Assembly (NCBI GenBank): GCA_037129895.1
Contig: JBAXUB010000001.1
Location: 18,947-82,946 of the forward strand
Direction: 5' to 3'
Length of the DNA: 64,000 nt
DNA from: Candidatus Tayloriibacteriota bacterium
GTDB lineage: Bacteria; Patescibacteriota; Minisyncoccia; Phycocordibacterales; PALSA-1337
Made by a program: the position numbers and the translations under genes. Within the stretch, counting starts at the first letter, position 1. Every line of letters starts with the position of its first letter. Below the pieces are notes generated by a model. It was not told the DNA's origin and did no database searches. It saw only the letters and a program-made list of their open reading frames with translations. Positions 19,448 to 27,438 of this stretch are shown here, in pieces.

Positions 19448-19930
19448 CTACCTCTTCCTTGTGAATAACTCAGTCGCTCCTTCGACTAGGAAGACTCTAC
19501 TTATCCCCGCTTTGATCATTCGATCCCAGCAAGGCTTGCAACACCACCAATGACCATACAGGTATAGATCGGCTCCCCTGACTTTACCGCCACCATGTCT
19601 CGATATAGCATCCTTGACCGCCCTTGATTCTGCATGTTGTCGACAAGAAGCACAACCTGGACAAAGCCAATACTTCTGTCCTGATGGTATTTTCAACAAT
19701 CTTCTCACACAAAACCTTTCCTTATGAAAAGTTAGCAGTTTACTGTTCTTGATTGCTGACTGATTGGCACCTTTTCCTAGAATAACACCATCCCTGACGA
19801 CGACAGCACCCGTCGGGTGTTGTGTATCCGTTGACTTTTCCTCGCATAGCTTCATCGCCTCCTTCATATACAGATTGTTCGATGATACATATTCAACACT
19901 CCTGCCTTCTGGCATATATGGATAATTCAT
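19448..19930 (-). CDS. dCMP deaminase family protein (zinc-dependent CDA fold)
   Basis: HAE zinc motif (CRQHAESRAV) and PCxxC (CCKPCWDRM), plus an additional CPGC zinc site as in dCMP deaminases. Confidence 0.75.
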   Translation of the reverse strand: MNYPYMPEGRSVEYVSSNNLYMKEAMKLCEEKSTDTQHPTGAVVVRDGVILGKGANQSAIKNSKLLTFHKERFCVRRLLKIPSGQKYWLCPGCASCRQHAESRAVKDAISRHGGGKVRGADLYLYGHWWCCKPCWDRMIKAGISRVFLVEGATELFTRKR

Positions 19931-20006
19931 TTTGATAAATCCGCATTAAGAACCATTAACTAATAATTGTAAACTGTTTACTATTTCTTTAATTATATAT
20001 AATAGA

Positions 20007-20849
20007 ATGATTATGACCAAGTTTGACCAAATATACCAAGACATTGTGAAAAACATTATGAAGAAAGGCATGGTCGAGTTCAGTGAGAGAACTGGACACG
20101 AAACGAAAGTTCTAGTCGGTGTACATTTCCAAGTCGACATAGAGAAAGACGGCTTCCCCATCCTCACACTCCGCAAGTCGCCGATAAAGATGTTCGTCGC
20201 GGAACAAGTATGGTTTTTGTCTGGATCTAGAAAGCCAGAGGACTTCCTCCGAAATTATACGCACATATGGGATGACTTCACCAATCCAGGCGATGTCGTC
20301 ACTGTCGCATACGGATATAGATGGCGTAAACATTTTGGCAGAGACCAGATAGGACTATTAGTCGATCTATTAAAAAAAGAACCAAGCTCTAGACAAGCTG
20401 TCGTAGTAACATGGGATCCTGCACAGGATGGATTATCTATCGTAAAAAAGAAAAATGTTCCTTGTCCATATACATTCACCGTTAATATCGTTGCTGGCAG
20501 ATTGCACCTGCACAATATAGTCAGATCCAACGATGTAATGCTCGGATTCTCAGCGGATGTCCCAGGATTCGCACTACTCCAATGTATTCTCGCTCAAAAG
20601 CTAGGGGTGAGACCTGGTATATACTCTCACTCGATTTCCAATGCTCATATATATGATACACATTATGACGGTGCGAAAGAGTTGATCAAGAGGAAAAACA
20701 AACACAAGAAGATAACCCTGACTTTACCTAAGGACGCCTTTGACAGAGCAGAAAAGAAAGATCCGACACTCGTCGACCAGATAGTGGAAAACCTCGGAAA
20801 ACAATATAAACCGATGGAACCGATAAAGGGCTTGAAATTAATATTATAA
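20007..20849 (+). CDS. Thymidylate-synthase-fold (ThyA family) enzyme with Asp at the Asn177-equivalent. Possibly a dCMP methyltransferase or hydroxymethylase rather than canonical TS.
   Basis: Gap-free by-eye alignment to E. coli ThyA: ERTGHET, GFPILTLRKS, VWFLSGS, the VPCP nucleophile and VRSNDVMLGFSADVPGFALL. Confidence 0.8.
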   Translation: MIMTKFDQIYQDIVKNIMKKGMVEFSERTGHETKVLVGVHFQVDIEKDGFPILTLRKSPIKMFVAEQVWFLSGSRKPEDFLRNYTHIWDDFTNPGDVVTVAYGYRWRKHFGRDQIGLLVDLLKKEPSSRQAVVVTWDPAQDGLSIVKKKNVPCPYTFTVNIVAGRLHLHNIVRSNDVMLGFSADVPGFALLQCILAQKLGVRPGIYSHSISNAHIYDTHYDGAKELIKRKNKHKKITLTLPKDAFDRAEKKDPTLVDQIVENLGKQYKPMEPIKGLKLIL

Positions 20850-20861
20850 CCAACACACCCA

Positions 20862-21491
20862 ATGTCTATCATCACAAAAACTGAAATAGTAGAACTGATA
20901 AAGAATGGTGTACTTTCCATACGACCAGCTCTGGATAAGTTCCAATTACAAGAACACTCTATAGACCTACGTCTCGGCTATACTTTCATGATACCAAAGA
21001 TGTGGCACATGACTCCGAAAGGCCGTGAATCATTGGACATCACCCATTTCGATAAGCGTAACCATGAATACTTCGAAGTTGTCGAACTCGAACAAGGACA
21101 GTATTTCGAATTATTACCGCAGGAATACATCCTCGTCTCAACCTTAGAGACGATAAAGATGCCTAACAACTTGATGGGCGTTCTCTACCCGAGAGCTTCG
21201 ACCAATCGAAAAGGGCTTTCATTGGACCTTTCAGGAATAATAGATGCTGGCTATGACGGACAGTTAGTATTGCCTATCAGGAACAATACCCGCTCTCAAG
21301 CTATCAGACTATTCCCTGGCGAACGCCTATGCCAAGTTGTTTTCCAGGAGTTGAAAAGTTCTGTTACACCGAAACCAGGCAAATATCATCAGCGAGACAT
21401 CATCGAGGGTGTTGTCACTGAAAATAGAGAGGAGGCTGATCTCATATCCAGTGGCGATATTAAAGTGTTAAAGGAAAAGTTTAAGGTGTAA
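20862..21491 (+). CDS. dCTP deaminase/dUTPase-superfamily protein. Motif III is dUTPase-like and lacks the Dcd catalytic Glu.
   Basis: Dcd-like N-terminus. GIIDAGYDGQLVLPIRN...FPGERLCQVVF closely matches dUTPase motif III. Confidence 0.7.
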   Translation: MSIITKTEIVELIKNGVLSIRPALDKFQLQEHSIDLRLGYTFMIPKMWHMTPKGRESLDITHFDKRNHEYFEVVELEQGQYFELLPQEYILVSTLETIKMPNNLMGVLYPRASTNRKGLSLDLSGIIDAGYDGQLVLPIRNNTRSQAIRLFPGERLCQVVFQELKSSVTPKPGKYHQRDIIEGVVTENREEADLISSGDIKVLKEKFKV

Positions 21492-21520
21492 AATTACTGA
21501 ACGTATATTAATAATCGGCT

Positions 21521-21632
21521 TCGTGGGAAGTTTCCCCTCACGACTCTGCGGAAGGAAGGAAATGACACATTTTCTGATAAATAACCTCCCCATCATCGCA
21601 GTCCTCGAGTCGTTCGAGAAAACTTCCCACGA
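21521..21632 (+). promoter_or_regulatory. Structured leader candidate upstream of the DHFR gene
   Basis: 13-bp inverted repeat TCGTGGGAAGTTT/AAACTTCCCACGA encloses nested CGACTC/GAGTCG and CTGCG/CGCAG helices. Confidence 0.35.
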
Positions 21633-21664
21633 AACCGAAATAATCACAACAAATAATCACCACC

Positions 21665-22165
21665 ATGAAATGCTTCATAATCTCATGTCTCACAGCTGAC
21701 GGCTATATAGGGAAACATTCCACTCACGCAGCGATGTGGACGAGTAAAGAGGACAAGAAACGCTTCATCGAACTAACGAAGAAGGCCGGTGTGATCGTCA
21801 TGGGTCAAAACACTTGGACAACCCTCGGTGGCAAACCATTGAAAGACAGACTCAATATCGTGTACTCACCTACCCCGCTCGAACCTGTCGCAGGTATGGA
21901 AGTCACGACCAAGGATCCTGTGGAATTACTGCGTGACCTAGAAGCTCGAGGCTTCAAGGAAGTTGCCATATGTGGAGGTTCTCAGATATACACAATGTTT
22001 ATGAAAGCTGGCCTCGTCGATACTCTCTACCTCACTATTGAACCGATAGTATTCGGCGATGGTATGAGACTGTTCAAAGAGGATCTAAATAGTAAATTGA
22101 CACTGACTGAATGCACGAAGACAGACGGCGGGACATTGCTTCTAACATATTCTGTGATCAGGTAA
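21665..22165 (+). CDS. folA: Dihydrofolate reductase family protein
   Basis: 166 aa with DHFR/RibD-C-like pattern (IVMGQNTW..GKPL..R.NIV.S). Sits beside the thyA-family gene. Confidence 0.6.
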   Translation: MKCFIISCLTADGYIGKHSTHAAMWTSKEDKKRFIELTKKAGVIVMGQNTWTTLGGKPLKDRLNIVYSPTPLEPVAGMEVTTKDPVELLRDLEARGFKEVAICGGSQIYTMFMKAGLVDTLYLTIEPIVFGDGMRLFKEDLNSKLTLTECTKTDGGTLLLTYSVIR

Positions 22166-22225
22166 AAGGCACCGGATTATGGCAGTGACAGGTAAAGCAT
22201 TTGAAACTGCAGCGGTTTTTGTATT

Positions 22226-22253
22226 AAAAAAATCGCACCCAATATGAGTGCGA
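22226..22253 (-). terminator. Intrinsic terminator after the 22277..22783 gene
   Basis: Minus strand reads TCGCAC-loop-GTGCGA followed by TTTTTTT. Confidence 0.6.
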
Positions 22254-22276
22254 CAACACGAACATAAAAGAACAAT

Positions 22277-22783
22277 TCAAAATGTAGAGAGTTTCCCTCT
22301 ATTGGACTCTATCGAACGTGACAGACTACTAACACATTCGACAAGCTCGTCCAACTTTCTGAAATTGAAATGCCGTACCAAGTCCGGCCTGTCCAGATGA
22401 GCAAACTTGATCGACTCTAGAAACGAGATCGTCCGATTGGCTTGTGCATGGTCACCTAGAGTGAGTCCAACCAGGAGAGGCTTGCGAGCTTTCGCACGTG
22501 CCTCGACTTCTTGCACACACCGAGGGGTTGAGCACACTGACAACCAGATCATGAGATCACAAGTCTTCACAGGATCACTGATCCGAGGAACTTCGACAGG
22601 TAGATCATCCGTGATCTTCAAGACCGGCTCCACCGCATATACGTGGAATCCGGGCAGCTGTCTCAGTTTTTCCAAGAAATACAATACGTCCGTGAACAAA
22701 AAACCATCCGGAATACCCGGGGCCAACGCCAAGGGAAAAGTTACATATGTTTTCATAATCAGCTCTGAAACAAAGCCTACCAT
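22277..22783 (-). CDS. Hypothetical protein of higher GC than its neighbours
   Basis: 168-aa ORF. No motif recognised. Local GC is near 50% against about 40% around it. Confidence 0.5.
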   Translation of the reverse strand: MVGFVSELIMKTYVTFPLALAPGIPDGFLFTDVLYFLEKLRQLPGFHVYAVEPVLKITDDLPVEVPRISDPVKTCDLMIWLSVCSTPRCVQEVEARAKARKPLLVGLTLGDHAQANRTISFLESIKFAHLDRPDLVRHFNFRKLDELVECVSSLSRSIESNRGKLSTF

Positions 22784-22819
22784 TTACAATCCATTTCGCA
22801 AGTCACTGCCCTGCTGCAT

Positions 22820-22865
22820 AGGTCAGACCTATACAAACATGTAGAGGTCAGACCTCTACATGTTT
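22820..22865. promoter_or_regulatory. Two copies of the palindrome AGGTCAGACCT. The second lies in a 31-bp perfect palindrome that overlaps the rplK stop.
   Basis: AGGTCAGACCT at 22820 and 22845. aaacatgtagaggtc-a-gacctctacatgttt spans 22835..22865. Confidence 0.45.
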
Positions 22866-23286
22866 ACTTTACATCAACTCCCATCGATCGTGCTGTTCCA
22901 GCGATGATCTTTGCGGCCTGATCTATTGTATTTGCATTGAGATCTCCCATCTTCTTTTCGGCGATCTCTCTAGCCTGAGCTTTAGTGATAGTTCCGATCT
23001 TCTTTGTATTTGGCTTACCTGAACCCTTTTCTTGCTTCAAGGCTTTCAGAATCAAACTAGATGCTGGAGGAGATTTGAGTTTGAAATCGTAAGTACGGTC
23101 TTCGTAAACTGTGATAACAACAGGGATCATATCACCCATCATACCTTTCGTAGCATCATTGAACTTCTTTGTGAAGTCACCTATATTGACGCCAGCCTGA
23201 CCTAGTGTAGGGCCCAATGGAGGGGCAGGAGTAGCTTTCCCTGCTGGAGCGATAACCTTGACTTTCTTTATGATTTTCTTTGCCAT
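22864..23286 (-). CDS. rplK: 50S ribosomal protein L11
   Basis: [14 protein letters not shown] and the overall L11 sequence. Confidence 0.95.
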   Translation of the reverse strand: MAKKIIKKVKVIAPAGKATPAPPLGPTLGQAGVNIGDFTKKFNDATKGMMGDMIPVVITVYEDRTYDFKLKSPPASSLILKALKQEKGSGKPNTKKIGTITKAQAREIAEKKMGDLNANTIDQAAKIIAGTARSMGVDVK

Positions 23287-23334
23287 AGTAGTGATTTTGA
23301 GTCTAAACTAATAAATGATATTTGTAAACCTCGC

Positions 23335-23880
23335 TTATACTTTCTTTACTTGTAAGAAATCCAACTCAACAGGTGTCTCACGACCGAACATAGACACCAA
23401 TACTTTGATCTTGCCTCTCTGTGTATCAACTTCAGCGACCTTACCTTCGAAGTCCTTGAACGGTCCATCGGCAACTTTGACGAGGTCCCCGATCGAAAGG
23501 TCGATAGCATGCTGTGTATCACCCTTCTGCATGCGAGCAAATAGTGTTTCTACTTCTTTCGCATCCAATGGTACTGGCGAAACACCTGCACCCACGAAAC
23601 CTGTAACTCTAGGTGTGTTGCGAACAACATACCATGAGTCATCAGTGACGATCATATCTACGAGAACATAACCTGGGTATATCTTTTCTTCCTCTTCTAC
23701 TCTCTTGCCTGATTTGACCTTGATCTTCTTCTCTGTAGGGACGATAACATTGAATATCTTGCCTTCCATAGCGAGAGACTCAATACGCTGTTTCAAATTT
23801 CGAGCAACCGCATTTTCATAGCCCGCGTATGTATGTATCGCGTACCAATTACGTTCACCAGTTATTTGTTGTTTGGTCAT
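23335..23880 (-). CDS. nusG: Transcription termination/antitermination factor NusG
   Basis: NGN domain WYAIHTYAGYENAV and a C-terminal KOW (KIKVLVSMFGRETPVELDF). Confidence 0.9.
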   Translation of the reverse strand: MTKQQITGERNWYAIHTYAGYENAVARNLKQRIESLAMEGKIFNVIVPTEKKIKVKSGKRVEEEEKIYPGYVLVDMIVTDDSWYVVRNTPRVTGFVGAGVSPVPLDAKEVETLFARMQKGDTQHAIDLSIGDLVKVADGPFKDFEGKVAEVDTQRGKIKVLVSMFGRETPVELDFLQVKKV

Positions 23881-23913
23881 AATATTTTGAATAAATTAAA
23901 ATAGAATTGAAAT

Positions 23914-24093
23914 TTAGAATAGAAGAGTCAAAAGTTTAGCAAATACGAAGTCCGAAAAACCTAGAATAGCTGCCGTAGCTATAGACACCAATATAACCAA
24001 CACTGTAAAACGTATCGTCTGATTGCGAGTAGGCCAATTGACATGGACCATTTCTGCGCGTGTATCTTTGATGTAATTTGTAAGTCTGGACAT
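23914..24093 (-). CDS. secE: Preprotein translocase subunit SecE. This 59-aa gene is not in the ORF track; it was found by reading the frame upstream of nusG.
   Basis: MSRLTNYIKDTRAEMVHVNWPTRNQTIRFTVLVILVSIATAAILGFSDFVFAKLLTLLF: single TM with the conserved SecE N-terminus, in the secE-nusG-rplK order. Confidence 0.8.
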   Translation of the reverse strand: MSRLTNYIKDTRAEMVHVNWPTRNQTIRFTVLVILVSIATAAILGFSDFVFAKLLTLLF

Positions 24094-24104
24094 ATATTTT
24101 CTTT

Positions 24105-24128
24105 TTTATTAAAAAACCCCGCCTGGGG
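24105..24128 (-). terminator. Weak hairpin plus U-tract immediately upstream of secE
   Basis: Minus strand reads CCCCAGGCGGGG followed by TTTTTT. Confidence 0.3.
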
Positions 24129-24165
24129 ATAACATGTGTATAATATACCCAATATTCACCAAAGT

Positions 24166-24190
24166 CAAGGCCGTGAATAACACGGCCTTG
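24166..24190. repeat. Perfect 10-bp inverted repeat CAAGGCCGTG-aataa-CACGGCCTTG
   Basis: Seen directly. No U-tract on either side. Confidence 0.4.
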
Positions 24191-24220
24191 TAGCACATTT
24201 GGCGACCAATTAGAGCCCTA

Positions 24221-25006
24221 CTACTTTATCTCGTAAGTTATACTCACACTACTCGTGATTTTCTGCTCACCAACAGATATCTCTGGAGCGACTGCAGCAC
24301 CGGTAGCCATCATCTTGTTAGAAGTATCCATGGCGTACATGAGAGGTCTCGGGCTACTACCATTCTCAGAAAAACTGATCACACGAACGATACTAACTCC
24401 CAATTGGCTCGCTAGTTCTCTGGCTTTTGCCTCAGCGTTTGTTATAGCGATACCGCGTGCTTTTGCCTGGATTGACTCCGGCTTATCAACAGAGAAAGAC
24501 AGACTATTCACATTTTCTACATTGAGGGAACCGATGGAAGCAAACAATGCGCCAGCCTTACCTAGATCACGAACCTTGACCTCGGTAGTTTGGCTCACAT
24601 CATAGCCAGTTAGAACTGACTTGCCTGGCCTACAATTGCCATTAGCAGAACAAACTGAGCTCTGATATTCATAATGAGGATTGATGTTATATGAAGTCGT
24701 TCGAATATCCTTGTCGGCTACTCCACCGTCTCTAACAGCTTTCAGGGCCGCATTGGCCTGGTCTGTTGCTTGCTTCTGTGCTTCTACTACTGTAGCTGCT
24801 GTCTTGTTAACTGTGAACGAGAAAGTTGCAATATCAGGAACTGCCATAGCGTCCCCTGTTCCATCAACTGAGATAGTGTTGACTATCTGATCACTTTTAC
24901 CGACATAACCGATCATCTTTATTTCTTTAATAGAAAGGACTAGCAACAATACTGTGAGTAATGCTAGAGCGCCTATCGCTGTACTCCAAAATTTTTGTGG
25001 GATCAT
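24221..25006 (-). CDS. SIMPL/DUF541 domain periplasmic protein
   Basis: N-terminal TM/signal followed by the ..ISVDGTG.A.VPD.A.FSFTV... SIMPL pattern. Confidence 0.6.
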   Translation of the reverse strand: MIPQKFWSTAIGALALLTVLLLVLSIKEIKMIGYVGKSDQIVNTISVDGTGDAMAVPDIATFSFTVNKTAATVVEAQKQATDQANAALKAVRDGGVADKDIRTTSYNINPHYEYQSSVCSANGNCRPGKSVLTGYDVSQTTEVKVRDLGKAGALFASIGSLNVENVNSLSFSVDKPESIQAKARGIAITNAEAKARELASQLGVSIVRVISFSENGSSPRPLMYAMDTSNKMMATGAAVAPEISVGEQKITSSVSITYEIK

Positions 25007-25074
25007 TTTATTTATATTAATTAATAATTATTAAATACGGAACGTAAAGCAAACACGAGAATACACTGTAAATA

Positions 25075-25908
25075 CTACCTTCTCGTATCACACAAATCAA
25101 TCAAGTTTTCGAATAACGCGAGAACTGTCATCGCCCCTACCCCACCAGGAACTGGTGAAATCGCCCTGACTACTCCTGAAACTGCAGCAAAATCAACATC
25201 CCCAACCAATCTCTCAGTGCCTATACGAGAAATGCCAACATCTATAACGACCTGATCAGGATTGACGTGCTCAACTCTTATAAGTCCAGGCTTTCCAGTC
25301 GCCACTATCAATATATCTGCTTCCTTTGTACCAAAAACCAGATCGGCTGTCTGACTATGACAAACCGTCACTTTCGCACCAGCGGTCTCACACATTGCGG
25401 CAATAGGTTTTCCAACTAGATCAGACCTACCAACAACTGTTACATTCTTTCCTTTGAGTAAAAATCCGTAACTATCCAATAATTCCTTTATACCCCTAGC
25501 TGTTGCTGGCATTATACCCTCGCCGTGTGACCATTTGGCAACGTTCGCTGACGTGAGAGCATCAACGTCCTTATCTGGATCTATAGCCTCGATCACTGCA
25601 AATTTATCAATGCTTGAAGGCAGTGGAAGCTGAACGATGATGCCATTTATACTGTCGTCGTTATTCAATGATTCTATATGATCTAGGAGTTCTCGTCGTG
25701 ATATACCTTCACTAAACTGTTTGTGGAGAACATCTACACCGATTTTCTCTGCAAACAACTTTTTTGCACGGATAAATGATGTCGAATCAGCCCTTTCACC
25801 AACTTGAATGATGGCCAATTTTGGCATAAAGGAAAGTTTCGCGACCCCATTTTTCAATAGAGGAAGCCTCGTTTCCCTAGTTTTTCGGCCATCAATAATG
25901 ATAGTCAT
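25075..25908 (-). CDS. folD: Bifunctional methylene-THF dehydrogenase / methenyl-THF cyclohydrolase
   Basis: MTIIIDGRK... start; LAIIQVGERADS and PGGVGAMTV motifs. Confidence 0.9.
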   Translation of the reverse strand: MTIIIDGRKTRETRLPLLKNGVAKLSFMPKLAIIQVGERADSTSFIRAKKLFAEKIGVDVLHKQFSEGISRRELLDHIESLNNDDSINGIIVQLPLPSSIDKFAVIEAIDPDKDVDALTSANVAKWSHGEGIMPATARGIKELLDSYGFLLKGKNVTVVGRSDLVGKPIAAMCETAGAKVTVCHSQTADLVFGTKEADILIVATGKPGLIRVEHVNPDQVVIDVGISRIGTERLVGDVDFAAVSGVVRAISPVPGGVGAMTVLALFENLIDLCDTRR

Positions 25909-26008
25909 GATATGAAGAGCATACCATAGAAAATTACCAAACAGGAAATCGTAGGAACTACTCGTACACATAACTAAATCAATATTGATATATTCAACTC
26001 ATACATCT

Positions 26009-26902
26009 CTACCTACTCCATCTAGCGAATATCCCCGCCGGTAATAGCCTCCCCGATCGTTCACTTATCGCCAATTCTCCTATCTCTATCTTCCCACCAA
26101 ACTTTTCCACGAGTGGAATCAGAATATTCTCATACGCTATCGCTGAATATCCAGCAGAATATCCATTTATCAAGAAAAATAGTGGCTTGTCTTTCAATAA
26201 TTGAATACATTGACCAACGAGTGGTAGGAAATGTTCCTCTATTTTCCATAACTCACTCTCTGGACCATGACCGAATGATGGTGGGTCCATGATGATACCG
26301 TCATACTTATTGCCGCGTTTGACTTCCCTGCGCACGAATTCACGGGCATCGTCGAGTATCCAGCGAACTGGTTTGTCTTTGAGTCCTGAAAGTTCTGCAT
26401 TATCTCTAGCCCATGTTATTGCAGTCTTCGAACTGTCGACGTGTACCACACTTGCTCCCGCTTTCGCACAAGCTAACGTCGCACCTCCGGTATAACCAAA
26501 TAGATTGAGTACCTGTATTGCATCGTTCTCTCCCCCCTCATGAGAGTGGAGAGAACTCTGAATGATATCACCGAGCCACTCCCAGTTTGTTGACTGCTCA
26601 GGAAATATGCCGACGTGTTTGAACGACGATGGTTTCACCCAGAACTTGAGCCCAGCCGCCTCTATCGGCCAACGGTCAATTTTCCCATTCTTCATCGTCC
26701 ATACACCATCATTACCTCGTCTATCGAAATGTCCTATAGCTTTCTTCCATTCATCTTGTGAAAGACTCTTTTGCCACAGAGACTGCGGGTCAGGCCTAGA
26801 CAATACAACCTCGCCGAATCTTTCGAGTTTCTCCCCTTCGCCAGAATCGATCAACTCATAATCCTTGCTCGGTTCTGTTATTTGGATAATTGATGATTTC
26901 AT
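26009..26902 (-). CDS. Class I SAM-dependent methyltransferase (RlmI/YccW-like, no PUA domain)
   Basis: Rossmann GYTGGATLACAKAGA plus a DPPSFG-type motif, as in RlmI-like rRNA m5C methyltransferases. Confidence 0.6.
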   Translation of the reverse strand: MKSSIIQITEPSKDYELIDSGEGEKLERFGEVVLSRPDPQSLWQKSLSQDEWKKAIGHFDRRGNDGVWTMKNGKIDRWPIEAAGLKFWVKPSSFKHVGIFPEQSTNWEWLGDIIQSSLHSHEGGENDAIQVLNLFGYTGGATLACAKAGASVVHVDSSKTAITWARDNAELSGLKDKPVRWILDDAREFVRREVKRGNKYDGIIMDPPSFGHGPESELWKIEEHFLPLVGQCIQLLKDKPLFFLINGYSAGYSAIAYENILIPLVEKFGGKIEIGELAISERSGRLLPAGIFARWSR

Positions 26903-26940
26903 TTATTTTTATTGGCCACCCTAACTTATACTATTCTACA

Positions 26941-27438
26941 CTATTCAGAAATTCCTGGATGGAACTTTCTCATTATAACCACGGTCATGATACACAATAT
27001 AGTCGTGATGACTGCTGATCCTAGACAATATATACAATATGAGTGTAGAACGAACATCTGCAAACCAGTGAACCAGAGAGACGCCAACAAACCTGGAATA
27101 GTGAGGAACAGTGCGAATTTCAAGAATTCAGTTCTATGAACAGCGAGTCGAGTTATATGCTTTGATTCTAAGAAAATGATACAACCTATCGCGATCAATA
27201 GATAGTATATCGAACCGGTGAGAGAAACTGGTATACCGAACACGCTAGAATATGAACTAGTTAATACTTTTTCACAACCACCAGTCACTGAACATGGTGG
27301 TATCACTCCACTATAATGCTCAACGGTTAGATACGTAGCATCAGCGAATCCTATAACCGCGATAACGAGCACCAATATCACCAACCTACTGGATAGTGCT
27401 TGAAGCGGCCTCGTCCACAAGTTTTTTAATTTCTTCAT
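26941..27438 (-). CDS. Vitamin K epoxide reductase (VKOR) family membrane protein. It overlaps the upstream dsbA-like gene in another frame, so the true start is uncertain.
   Basis: Multi-TM protein with conserved Cys pair C..GGC and active-site CIYC. Confidence 0.65.
   Translation of the reverse strand: MKKLKNLWTRPLQALSSRLVILVLVIAVIGFADATYLTVEHYSGVIPPCSVTGGCEKVLTSSYSSVFGIPVSLTGSIYYLLIAIGCIIFLESKHITRLAVHRTEFLKFALFLTIPGLLASLWFTGLQMFVLHSYCIYCLGSAVITTILCIMTVVIMRKFHPGISE

Noticed and set aside
21546-21570. SRP-RNA-like GGAAGGAAGG stretch in the dcd-folA spacer
   Set aside because: The surrounding sequence does not reproduce the SRP domain IV helix or the GGAA tetraloop pairing. It is kept only as part of the generic structured-leader finding.
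23936-24196. 86-aa minus-strand ORF from the track, lying upstream of nusG
   Set aside because: A different frame over the same DNA encodes a textbook 59-aa SecE (23914..24093) in the conserved secE-nusG-rplK order. The 86-aa frame has no recognisable features.
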